Shown: positions 10,648 to 19,363, counted from the stretch's first letter. The stretch: 39,583 nt of DNA from Leptolyngbyaceae cyanobacterium (GCA_050331235.1 JBHJHA010000061.1:1-39583); one strand, 5' to 3'. The notes: generated by a model from the letters alone, not told the origin. Numbers and translations: made by a program.

Positions 10648-10921
10648 CGATCGCCCTTTACCTGCCAATATCGGCCGACGGTGTGACCAAAGCTGCCGTG
10701 CTTCGGCACCGAGCCAAATCCGGTTTGGCGCGACTTGCTGAACCGGCTCAAAAGCATCCTGATCAGGAACTTCACTTTGGGAAGCCGGAACCTGGCAGCA
10801 GCAGTTTTCATCGAAAATAGAGAATTTTTATGTCACCCTTCTCGACTCGGGGCGAGGCGATCGCGACCTTTCACGTACCATCGGTTTGTGGCCTGCCAAT
10901 TTTTCCTTTCAGTCGTCGACC

Positions 10922-11818
10922 ATGGAACGTTCTCAGCCCCTCATCTTAATTGCCGATGACGATCGCAGCCTGCGCAAGCTCCTCAATCTTGCGCTAGCAC
11001 GTCAGGGGTACGATGTTGTGCAGGTGAGTGGTGGGCAGCAAGCCCTTCAAGATTTTGAGCGCCTCCGCCCAGATTTGGTCCTGCTGGACGCAATGATGCC
11101 AGACCTCAACGGATTTGACTGCTGTCAGCGTTTACGCCAGGAATTGCAGGCAACGGTCCCAATTTTGATGATTACCGTGCTCGACGATGAAGCGTCAATC
11201 CAACAGGCATTTGCGGCGGGCGCAACCGACTATATCCGCAAACCAATTAACTGGTCAGTCTTGAGCGAACGGGTTAAACGCCTGTTGGCAAACTCGCAAA
11301 CATTCCCCCTTAACGCGGCAGAAACCTTGGTCGGGGCAGATCACGCCTGGGAATCTCTGCTACGACAACTACTGCGCCAGATCCATCAGCAACCAGTGGA
11401 GCAACGTCTATTCACTAGTCTAGGAGAAGCTTTTCAGCGCGCTTTCAACGCGGCCCAGGGATGGATTTTTTTTCAAGGTCACCTCTATCTAATCGCGGCT
11501 CCCGCTGATCTCCCGAGGTTAGCGTCTCAGCAGTCAACCCTGGAAAACGTACTCAATCAAATCACTCCCCACCGCACAGATATATTTAGCCATGTCGCGG
11601 AAGTCGTGGCTGAGCTAAGTTCCAGTAGTCCAGAGCCGATCCAGGCCATCGCCGATGCGCTTCAAGTGCCAGCCCTCCTGGCCAAACCGATTTGGACCCA
11701 GACCGCTCCAGCAGGCTGGGTCCTGATCACTCGCCACAGAGCCTCGGAATGGAGCAAGCGGGATTGTGATCGCATCGTAGACCTGAGCCAACTACTAGCA
11801 CTCGTGCTTTCGCAATAG
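10922..11818 (+). CDS. Response regulator: intact receiver domain plus C-terminal degenerate GAF-like domain
   Basis: ILIADDD, LVLLDAMMP (phospho-Asp), MIT and YIRKP. The C-terminus ALQVPALLAKPI...GWVLIT...EWSKRD...LSQLLALVLSQ mirrors a GAF C-terminal strand-helix. Confidence 0.85.
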   Translation: MERSQPLILIADDDRSLRKLLNLALARQGYDVVQVSGGQQALQDFERLRPDLVLLDAMMPDLNGFDCCQRLRQELQATVPILMITVLDDEASIQQAFAAGATDYIRKPINWSVLSERVKRLLANSQTFPLNAAETLVGADHAWESLLRQLLRQIHQQPVEQRLFTSLGEAFQRAFNAAQGWIFFQGHLYLIAAPADLPRLASQQSTLENVLNQITPHRTDIFSHVAEVVAELSSSSPEPIQAIADALQVPALLAKPIWTQTAPAGWVLITRHRASEWSKRDCDRIVDLSQLLALVLSQ

Positions 11819-11958
11819 ATAGTCGGGGCGGGCACTGCCTCGCCACATTTCAGCCATCCCAACCGGAACTTCAAACTAGCAGACCGCTTAACCACAAATC
11901 GTATATCGATTACCGATACCCCCTTGGATTCGGACACCAACCTCAAGCCGACACCCTC

Positions 11959-12075
11959 TTATCCTATTTCTGCGAATCACGACTACACATAGATTCTTCG
12001 AAGCCCCTTTTTCAAGGGGGCAGCGACAGCAGGGGATCTTCAAATCTGTAGCGCTATTACAGAGAATTGGTATTA
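11959..12075. mobile_element. MITE-like/small dispersed repeat, copy 1 (~115 bp)
   Basis: 11961-12073 matches 23251-23363 without gaps at 106/113 nt. It has an internal CCCCTT-TTTC-AAGGGG palindrome and imperfect terminal inverted repeats. Confidence 0.8.
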
Positions 12076-12200
12076 CCGAGCGAAGTCACGTTCCCAAAGA
12101 GGAGGCGCAATTTACTCAGGCGGATGGAGCAGGAACAGTTCTAACCCAGAAATGGGAAAAATGAATATGTTCAATCACTGAGATTTATGGTCCAGTTGCA

Positions 12201-14516
12201 ATGGGGAAACGATCACTCAAAGCCTCAACCACCGGGCAAGCGATCGCCAAACGGGCCTTTGATCGCACCTGCTGGACCCAAGAACAGTTGGCTCTAGAAG
12301 TCGGCCTCAATACTCGGCAATCAGTGTGGAAATTCTTTTCCGGACGACCAATTGATCGGCACATCTTCATCGATTTGTGTTTCAAACTTGACCTCGATTG
12401 GGAAGCCGTTGCCGACTTGCCTCGCTCCTCCGCCACTGATGTTCCTGCCGCCCCCCCTCAGGCTGTCAATCCCCATCTAGAACCTTCCGTCGATGACTGG
12501 GTTCAGCAAGCGCGGCAGTATCTGCGTCCTTTAATAAACAAACAGTGTGGCGTTTTACAGTCATCGCTCAATATTGGCCGTCCGCTCTCCTTAGAAGCGC
12601 TCTATACTCCCGTTCGGATCATTCCCCACCTACGTCACCAGCAGTGGCTCGATGTCGAAGACCTAAAACCACCTCAGTCAGGTCAATCGCGTCTCCAGGC
12701 TGCTCAACCACACCCCGAGGCCATTGATGGGGTTGAGATCGCCCATCAGACTCATAAAGCCTTGCTGCTAGGTAAACCGGGGTCTGGCAAGACTACATTT
12801 CTGAAGCATTTAGCCAACCAATGCATTGCTGGCCAGTATCAGCCTCAGAGCATCCCGATTTTTGTCACCTTGCGACACGATTTGGCCAATATCGAAGCCG
12901 CTTCTCACCCCGGTTGGGCTCTTTACCGTCACATTCAACGCCTTGGTCAATCAGCAGGGCTGACAGATGATCAAATACGCCTTCTCCTGTCACAGGGTAG
13001 GTTTCTACTATTACTAGATGGCTTAGATGAGGTGCCAAAAGACCGCTTTGACGACGTGCTTCAAGACATTCAGAACTTTTCACAAACCTATCCAGAAAAT
13101 GCCTGTTTGCTAACCAATCGCCTCACCAGTGAAATTCCTTATTTTTCAGGATTTCTCAACATCGAAATCGATGACTTCTGCCTTGCGCAGATTGAGCAAT
13201 TTGTGCGCCAGTGGTTTATCGCTAATGTCGGCGATCGCCAACAGGCAGAGCAGAAAATTGCCCTCTTCTTAGACGCGATCGATCAGGCTGAAAATGGCCC
13301 CATCAAAGAACTATTGACCACACCAATCCTGTTGAGTCTATTGTGCTCAGTGTTTTTAGGTCGCTCCAGCTTCCCTAAAAATCGAGCCAAGCTTTATCAA
13401 TCCGGCCTTGATATCTTACTGACTAAATGGGATCAATCTCGAGGGATTCAGCGTGCTCAAATCTACCAGGAATTATCGGTTCCCGAAAAGCTAAAGCTCT
13501 TGGGAAAAATAGCAGCATCCACCTTTGAGCGGGAGCAATACTTTTTTGAGAAAACTGAGCTAGCTGAAATCATTGTCAACTACCTGATCGAATCGGAGGT
13601 CTCCACCGCTCAAGATTTGGAATCGCTTTATGCAGAAAGTGAGGCAATTATTCATTCGATTCAGCTTCAGCATGGATTGATTGTGGAACGAGCCAAAGAT
13701 ATTTACTCGTTTTCCCATTTGACATTTCAAGAATATCTCACCGCTCGCAAGATTCTTTATCATGCAACTCCCGAATCTCTGCCCCAAGCGATTCAAAATC
13801 TCGCCAACCACGCGCTACAACCTGCTTGGCATGAGGTATTGAGGTTGACAGCCAACATGATTACGCAGTCCGACCCGTTACTTGAGGCCATGCATCAAGT
13901 GATTCAGCAATCCGTCATAACGGAGCCTGCCTGCACAGACTGCTTAAGGGCGATCGCGGCCAAAGTTGACACTTTCCAGAGCCAGTATCAACCCGCAGCG
14001 GTTCGGGCTTTTTATCTCAGCCTGTTTGGCGATCGCGATCTTCGGCTAGCAACAGCCCTTGATGGGGCCCTTGCCCACGTCTCAGAATCGGACATCAGTC
14101 TCGACCTTTCGCTAGCAAGAGTTTACGAAGCCGGTGAAAGGCTAATTGAGAAACCAGATGTAGACTGCATCCTAAATTTCACTTTTGCTCTAGAACTGGA
14201 GCAGAAATTTCAGTTGAACCCCATCTTTCATAAAACATTTTGCACGCTCAAAAATAAACTTCCTGAAGTTGATACAGATCCCTACAAATTGGCAGCTTGG
14301 TGGACGACCTCAGGACCGGAATGGCTCAATGAATTTAGAGCACTATTAATTCGTCATCGTCAGATTGCCCAGACTAAGTCTTTGAATACAGACCAGCAAA
14401 AACAGCTTTGGGCATACTACCAACTAAATCTCTTATTAGTAGAGTGCTGGCAGGACTCAAAGGCAACTCCCGAATTTTCAGAAAAATTGCTCCATCGTTT
14501 GCTCAAGATGCCGTAA
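12201..14516 (+). CDS. HTH-NACHT (STAND) NTPase with C-terminal helical domain
   Basis: N-terminal XRE-like HTH (WTQEQLALEVGL-TRQSVWKFF), Walker A GKPGSGKT, Walker B LLLLDGLDE, TPILLSLLC, winged-helix FSHLTFQEYL and WHEV. Confidence 0.92.
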   Translation: MGKRSLKASTTGQAIAKRAFDRTCWTQEQLALEVGLNTRQSVWKFFSGRPIDRHIFIDLCFKLDLDWEAVADLPRSSATDVPAAPPQAVNPHLEPSVDDWVQQARQYLRPLINKQCGVLQSSLNIGRPLSLEALYTPVRIIPHLRHQQWLDVEDLKPPQSGQSRLQAAQPHPEAIDGVEIAHQTHKALLLGKPGSGKTTFLKHLANQCIAGQYQPQSIPIFVTLRHDLANIEAASHPGWALYRHIQRLGQSAGLTDDQIRLLLSQGRFLLLLDGLDEVPKDRFDDVLQDIQNFSQTYPENACLLTNRLTSEIPYFSGFLNIEIDDFCLAQIEQFVRQWFIANVGDRQQAEQKIALFLDAIDQAENGPIKELLTTPILLSLLCSVFLGRSSFPKNRAKLYQSGLDILLTKWDQSRGIQRAQIYQELSVPEKLKLLGKIAASTFEREQYFFEKTELAEIIVNYLIESEVSTAQDLESLYAESEAIIHSIQLQHGLIVERAKDIYSFSHLTFQEYLTARKILYHATPESLPQAIQNLANHALQPAWHEVLRLTANMITQSDPLLEAMHQVIQQSVITEPACTDCLRAIAAKVDTFQSQYQPAAVRAFYLSLFGDRDLRLATALDGALAHVSESDISLDLSLARVYEAGERLIEKPDVDCILNFTFALELEQKFQLNPIFHKTFCTLKNKLPEVDTDPYKLAAWWTTSGPEWLNEFRALLIRHRQIAQTKSLNTDQQKQLWAYYQLNLLLVECWQDSKATPEFSEKLLHRLLKMP

Positions 14517-14548
14517 AGCCGAAAAACAACTTCATACAATCTGGATAA

Positions 14549-15358
14549 ATGATGAATCCGCTCCTGTTTTCCAGCAGTCAGCTCAACCAACAATATCTAT
14601 GTTTATTATTTCACTACCTGGGCTATACCGTTGATACGGTTACCAATGAGCAAGCTTGTCTCACCCAACTCGCCGCCCAAACATACAGCCTAGTTTTGAC
14701 CGACATGCGTCACCCCTATGAGGGTGCTTTTATTGAGCGACTACATCAACTGCGTCGTAATGGCCAGCTGCCCTATGTTGTTTCAATTAACCCAGCAAGT
14801 TGTCCTGATACTGCACTGAACGAAGCCCTTATACAAGAGCATATTGCCTTACCAATCAGTCCTTCAACCCTAGATGAAATCCTGACGAGGGCAAGGCAGT
14901 TTTGGACACGGCACCAAGCTATGGGAGGTAATAATTGCGATCGCACGTCTACAGCAGATAGTCCTTCAGCCCCGCAGCAATGTCCAGAGCTCAGTTTGGC
15001 TGACCGCCCCATCGTCAACTCCGAGGTCATTGATTCTATCCGCAATCTCGCCGGAGAGTCAGCCCAGGAATTTTTGTCAGATCTGGTCGAGTGCTTCATT
15101 GCTGACACGGCCCAAAGAATCGAAACCACCATCGCGGCAGTTAGCCGTAGCAATTGTGAAGACTTGATTCAAGCAGCGCACAGTCTGCGGTCCAGTAGTG
15201 CCAACCTAGGCGCCGAGCGAGTATCCAAGGTTTGTGAATATCTAGAACTAACGGGCAAAGCGGGAAAAATTCCTGACTTAGACTGGTGCCGCTCAACCCT
15301 CGCAGCTGAATACGCGGCGGCCAAATCTTACTTAATCGTTACCACACTGTCGGGCTAA
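14549..15358 (+). CDS. Pseudo-receiver + HPt (histidine phosphotransfer) protein
   Basis: The N-terminus is REC-like (NQ...LGYTVDTV-N...YSLVLTDM) but lacks the acidic pair and the KP lysine. The C-terminus carries the HPt signature AHSLRSSSANLGA. Confidence 0.82.
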   Translation: MMNPLLFSSSQLNQQYLCLLFHYLGYTVDTVTNEQACLTQLAAQTYSLVLTDMRHPYEGAFIERLHQLRRNGQLPYVVSINPASCPDTALNEALIQEHIALPISPSTLDEILTRARQFWTRHQAMGGNNCDRTSTADSPSAPQQCPELSLADRPIVNSEVIDSIRNLAGESAQEFLSDLVECFIADTAQRIETTIAAVSRSNCEDLIQAAHSLRSSSANLGAERVSKVCEYLELTGKAGKIPDLDWCRSTLAAEYAAAKSYLIVTTLSG

Positions 15359-15696
15359 CCAATCTCCCCACAATCCAGATTGAGCTTATTTACTTTTGAA
15401 CTAAATAAAATATGGCTCCTCTCATACGGCACCTGTAGAGCAGTTGGGGAGGCCAATTTTAGCCTTCGGCTAGGAGTGGCATCGCCAGACGGGTAAAGCA
15501 TCGACAGCACAGAGTTTCCCTGGCTGGATATCTATCTGCTAAGCATCAATCAGCTCCGCCAATAGTGTGGTAGGCTAGCCGCAACCAGATCAAATGCTTT
15601 TTCCAATCGCTGAATCGCCCATAGTGACAGCCTTTTCTGTACTCTGAGTTCGACCAGCCTCCACCCTTTGACCGAGCTATCCAGCCACATTTATAC

Positions 15697-15735
15697 AAAA
15701 AATGGGCCAGTCTACAAAACAGTAGACTGGCCCAT
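15697..15735 (-). terminator. Rho-independent terminator of the ycf46 operon
   Basis: Perfect 14-bp stem ATGGGCCAGTCTAC/GTAGACTGGCCCAT with a 6-nt loop, followed on the minus strand by a T-run, 23 bp after the DUF1257 stop. Confidence 0.9.
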
Positions 15736-15758
15736 CATATCTGGGAACGCAATTGAGC

Positions 15759-16109
15759 TTACTGAAGCACCAACTTGACGTTAGCGTTCTGTAGGCCAGG
15801 ACGCTTGACTTCAGCCAAGGTCTTGTTAACTGCGTACTTCTGATTGATGGAGTTGATCAGTTCAGTCTGATTATGCTTCTTAGCAACACCCCATAGGTCA
15901 GCGATGAGATCAAAGCTGCCGTCAGCATTGCGAGACCAGCCGAGATCATACTCACCTTCGAGAACAGCTACGATGTCGGCACGAACACGCTGACCGTTAT
16001 AACCGCGAACATCAGCTTCGGTCTTAACCGAGATACCGAGGTCACAGAGAGACTGCTGAAGAACTGCAGCATCGGTCACTTTCGTGCGCAAGGTGCTGAA
16101 ATGAGACAT
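15759..16109 (-). CDS. ycf35: DUF1257 / Ycf35-family protein
   Basis: MSHFSTLRTK...VRGYNGQ...YDLGW...FDLIADLW signature, with an AGGAGG RBS. Confidence 0.88.
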   Translation of the reverse strand: MSHFSTLRTKVTDAAVLQQSLCDLGISVKTEADVRGYNGQRVRADIVAVLEGEYDLGWSRNADGSFDLIADLWGVAKKHNQTELINSINQKYAVNKTLAEVKRPGLQNANVKLVLQ

Positions 16110-16257
16110 GGTGTTTCCTCCTGGAGAGAACTTGAGAGAGACAACGAGGTTTGAGAGAGATGAAGACGGACAGGGCTGAATCCCTTATCAACCTTCGGGT
16201 ATGGACTGCTAGCTCATCGCTAGCCCTTTTCTCTGAAGCAACTCAGAGAAAAAGCTT

Positions 16258-17772
16258 TTAGAACTCCATCCGCTGATATTCAGCGACGGAGGCTGCTGCG
16301 GGGCGTGCCCGTTGACGAGCCCAATCGCGCAGGGCAGTCACCTGTTCATTCATCGTCTTAGACAGGGGCATCGTCGCCCGAATCGCAGCAATAATATCAA
16401 GCTGGGTAAATTCACGATCTTGAGCAAACGCTTCGTACATGGCAGAAATAATGCCTTGCTCGATCTCAGCCCCAGAAAAGCCATCGCAAACCTTGACCAA
16501 TTGCTGCAGATCAAAGCGCTCTATGTCGCGGCGACGCTTTTGTAAGTGAATTTTGAAAATTTCTTGTCGCTCCTCTTCGTTAGGTAGGTCGACAAAGAAG
16601 ATTTCGTCAAAGCGGCCCTTACGCAAAAACTCACCCGGTAATCGCTCGACTCGGTTAGCCGTCGCCATGACAAAGACAGGAGAGGTTTTTTCCTGCATCC
16701 AAGTTAAGAACGTTCCAAAAATTCGGCTCGATGTACCACCATCCGAATCGGAGGAACCGGAACTACCGGCAAAGGCCTTGTCAATCTCATCAATAAACAA
16801 AATTGCTGGAGAAATCGACTCAGCCGTCCTCAGGGCGTTGCGCAGATTAGCCTCGGAACGGCCTACCGTGGAACCGTCATAAACACGTCCTAGATCCAGC
16901 CTTAGCAGGGGCAGTCCCCAAAGGCGGGAGGTCGTCTTGGCAATCAATGACTTCCCACAGCCAGGCACCCCCAGAATTAACATACCTTTCGGCTGAGGCA
17001 GACCATATTCGCGAGCTCGCTCGGTAAACGCATTCGATCGCTGAGTGAGCCAGTGCTTCAATTCTTCCAAACCGCCCACGGAGTTAATGGTTTCATCCAC
17101 CTCCATGAACTCCAGAATGCCGTTGCGCCGTATCAGCTGCTTCTTCTCCGTGAGCACAATGTCAACTTCGCTCTCGGTCAGCTTGCCAGCCGTTACTCGG
17201 GCTTTACGATAGACCTTTTCAGCCTCGTCGCGAGTCAAGCCTAATGCAGCTTTGAGTAACTTCTCACGGACATCAGTGGTGATGCGGGTAGCCTTGGCCG
17301 TATTGAGCTCGTTACTCAACACGGTGTTGAGCTCACCCATAGTGGGCGGTGGGAAGTCCAGAACCACGACTTCCTTCTCTAGCTCAACGGGGATCTCTTG
17401 GATGGGCGACATCAAAATGATCGTCTTCTGGGCATCTTTGAAGCCAGCGATCGCATCACGTAAGCATCGAGTCACAGCTGGTGAATCTTTGAACGGATGC
17501 AGGTCCTTAAATATATAGATGCCTGGTTCCCGCTGACGAATCACCCATTCCACAGCCGCCTCTGGAGAGACAGTACTATTGTGCTGGGTGACATTTCGCG
17601 GCTGGCCATGCTCAACAATGCCATGGGTCATGGTCCAAGAATAAATGCGCCGCTGCGGACGCAGTTGTTGAGCCACACTGTAGACGGCCTGCTCAGCCCG
17701 CTCCTCCTCAAAAGTCACTAGATAGACCAGGGGATACTGCGCTTGTATGAGTATGTTGAGATCTTCTCTCAT
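16258..17772 (-). CDS. ycf46: Ycf46-family AAA+ ATPase
   Basis: YPLVYLVTFEEERAE N-terminus, GVPGCGKS, LFIDEIDK, ATAN and LRKGRFDE. Start at MREDL (17772). Confidence 0.92.
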   Translation of the reverse strand: MREDLNILIQAQYPLVYLVTFEEERAEQAVYSVAQQLRPQRRIYSWTMTHGIVEHGQPRNVTQHNSTVSPEAAVEWVIRQREPGIYIFKDLHPFKDSPAVTRCLRDAIAGFKDAQKTIILMSPIQEIPVELEKEVVVLDFPPPTMGELNTVLSNELNTAKATRITTDVREKLLKAALGLTRDEAEKVYRKARVTAGKLTESEVDIVLTEKKQLIRRNGILEFMEVDETINSVGGLEELKHWLTQRSNAFTERAREYGLPQPKGMLILGVPGCGKSLIAKTTSRLWGLPLLRLDLGRVYDGSTVGRSEANLRNALRTAESISPAILFIDEIDKAFAGSSGSSDSDGGTSSRIFGTFLTWMQEKTSPVFVMATANRVERLPGEFLRKGRFDEIFFVDLPNEEERQEIFKIHLQKRRRDIERFDLQQLVKVCDGFSGAEIEQGIISAMYEAFAQDREFTQLDIIAAIRATMPLSKTMNEQVTALRDWARQRARPAAASVAEYQRMEF

Positions 17773-17860
17773 GGGTACCACTCCTGGCATTACCTTCAAA
17801 ACGAAGGGTAGAACAATCGGTCAACACTTGACCTTGACAAAATGAGGAAACAACCGTCCG

Positions 17861-18217
17861 TTAGCAGCTAATCAACTGCCCCTCTTCAGGGCGTGAGCTA
17901 TCTCGAACCACCTCCGACACTCCGACACTTAACTCGTCGCCGCCGGAAGAAGCTTTTACCGCTTCCTTCACAGAAACCAGGTCACCATCCTTAACAACCA
18001 CCGCATCAGAGCAGCTGGGACAACTGTAGGTACGATAAGTACTACCGTGCTCGGAATGTTGCTTAACCACCTCTGAATGAGACAAATAAAAATGCAGGGC
18101 CCGTTCCGCTAATGAAGACATCGGCTCACCATCAACAGCCGAGCGAATCTTGAGTTGACGATGCAAATCTGAAGTCAGATATAGAGTAACTTTCGTAGCT
18201 TTTTGCTGGTCTTCCAT
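17861..18217 (-). CDS. Conserved ribbon-helix-helix-like + CxxC protein, first gene of the ycf46 operon (slr0373-like)
   Basis: KVTLYL...LHRQLKIRSAVDGEPMSSLAERALHFYL is RHH-like, followed by CPSC. Gene order matches the cyanobacterial three-gene ycf46 operon. Confidence 0.75.
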   Translation of the reverse strand: MEDQQKATKVTLYLTSDLHRQLKIRSAVDGEPMSSLAERALHFYLSHSEVVKQHSEHGSTYRTYSCPSCSDAVVVKDGDLVSVKEAVKASSGGDELSVGVSEVVRDSSRPEEGQLISC

Positions 18218-18254
18218 GTTGCGTACTGAGTTATGTGACCCGGGTATGGATGTT

Positions 18255-18284
18255 AAGTTAGCGGCATTCACCGGATACTGTCAA
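18255..18284 (-). promoter_or_regulatory. Putative sigma70-type promoter of the ycf46 operon
   Basis: Minus strand TTGACA (18284-18279), 18 nt, TAACTT (18260-18255). Confidence 0.55.
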
Positions 18285-18312
18285 GACATCAAGACGGCAT
18301 GACGTCACTTTA

Positions 18313-18330
18313 TTTACAATGCGTTACATC
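18313..18330. promoter_or_regulatory. HLR1 motif (putative RpaB-binding site)
   Basis: TTTACAAT-GC-GTTACATC matches (G/T)TTACA(T/A)(T/A)-N2-(G/T)TTACA(T/A)(T/A) at 15/16 positions. Confidence 0.55.
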
Positions 18331-18899
18331 TGGCTAGACTGTTTCGGTCCTGTAACTGGGCATGGTTAAGCTTCGACCCCCATCGGCAAGTGCGAATGCG
18401 CGGGGCTTCTAAGGCTGGTGCTTGTTTTAATTTTGAGGGGAGGATTAGGCCAGGGACGGCTTCTGCAAATAAACGTAATTGAGCCGTTACGTTTCGACAT
18501 CTCCAACCTGAGGTGGCGTAAATCGGAGGCGAAATCCACGCTGGCCTCCGGTGCCTGCGGTCTCAGACTAAAGGCAGAATATTTCGGCATTGTGGGGTTT
18601 TGTTAAGTTCCTGGAAGTCGCACTATGGGGGATTAAAATATTTAGCGGCTTATGAATCTGTAAACCTACTGAGCCCAATGCTCAATCAATATTTTTCATG
18701 CCAGGAAAGCTCTGGTTGATCAGTGACCTCGAATCCCGTGACCGTCAAAGTAAGGACGATGGTAGTGCTTGGCTTTCAAGGGGCCTGTCTAGTCAACGCT
18801 GATAGGTATGACCAACATTTTCAGTTGAGTCTGGGCATATTTGACTAGACCTGCTCGAATCTATGCATCTCAGTTTTTTGATGTAATCAAAGCCCCATA

Positions 18900-19328
18900 A
18901 TGGACAAACAGCTTTTTTCGGCCACGCGAACTTCTGGATCATGCGAATTGGCTTGGGCTTCACTCAATGCGGGTGAATACGCCGAGGCCCTACAGATGTA
19001 TTGTCGTTTGCCAGAGGCCGATCGCAGTTTAGATGACTGGGTCAACCAAGCCGTCTGTCTCATTCACTTGAATCAGCCAGAGGCTGCTGTGCCAATTTGC
19101 GATCGCGTCTTGGCGCGAGACTCTCACCATGCACAGGCTTGGTTGTTTAAGGGGGTGGCTCTGCATCGTTTAGACCGCTATGACGAAGCCTACTTTTGCT
19201 ATAGCCAAGCCACCCTTATAACCGATGAGCATAGCGAAAATTCAATGCTGGCGGCGTGGCAGCGTCATTTGGGTTCCTTTAAACAGTGGATTAAGCAGTT
19301 TAAGCCCAGCAGCATTCCCGACCTATAG
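18900..19328 (+). CDS. Tetratricopeptide-repeat protein
   Basis: TPR helices W-NQA-CLIHL-Q-EAA and AWLFKGVALHRLDRYDEAY-CY-QA. Confidence 0.8.
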   Translation: MDKQLFSATRTSGSCELAWASLNAGEYAEALQMYCRLPEADRSLDDWVNQAVCLIHLNQPEAAVPICDRVLARDSHHAQAWLFKGVALHRLDRYDEAYFCYSQATLITDEHSENSMLAAWQRHLGSFKQWIKQFKPSSIPDL

Positions 19329-19363
19329 GTACACTAAGGCCTGAACACTTGCGATCGCGCGAC

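Noticed and set aside
15550..15690. 46-aa minus-strand ORF (MWLDSSVKGW...) not in the track
   Set aside because: It starts immediately after a strong terminator, has no RBS and shows no recognisable motif.
18510..18580. Partial resemblance to a c-di-GMP-I riboswitch (GAAA...ACGC..GCCTCCGG)
   Set aside because: It lacks the GGCAAA and GACGCAAAGC cores and a proper stem closing the GAAA loop. An Rfam covariance hit would be required.
18787..18870. GTCAAC...TTGACTAGAC reminiscent of the 5' end of a HEARO/omegaRNA
   Set aside because: No IscB/IsrB/TnpB ORF or remnant is nearby, and the downstream conserved elements are absent.
19320..19363. Possible cyanobacterial LexA box before recQ (GGTAC...)
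   Set aside because: Only a half-site is present; the second GTWC half is missing.
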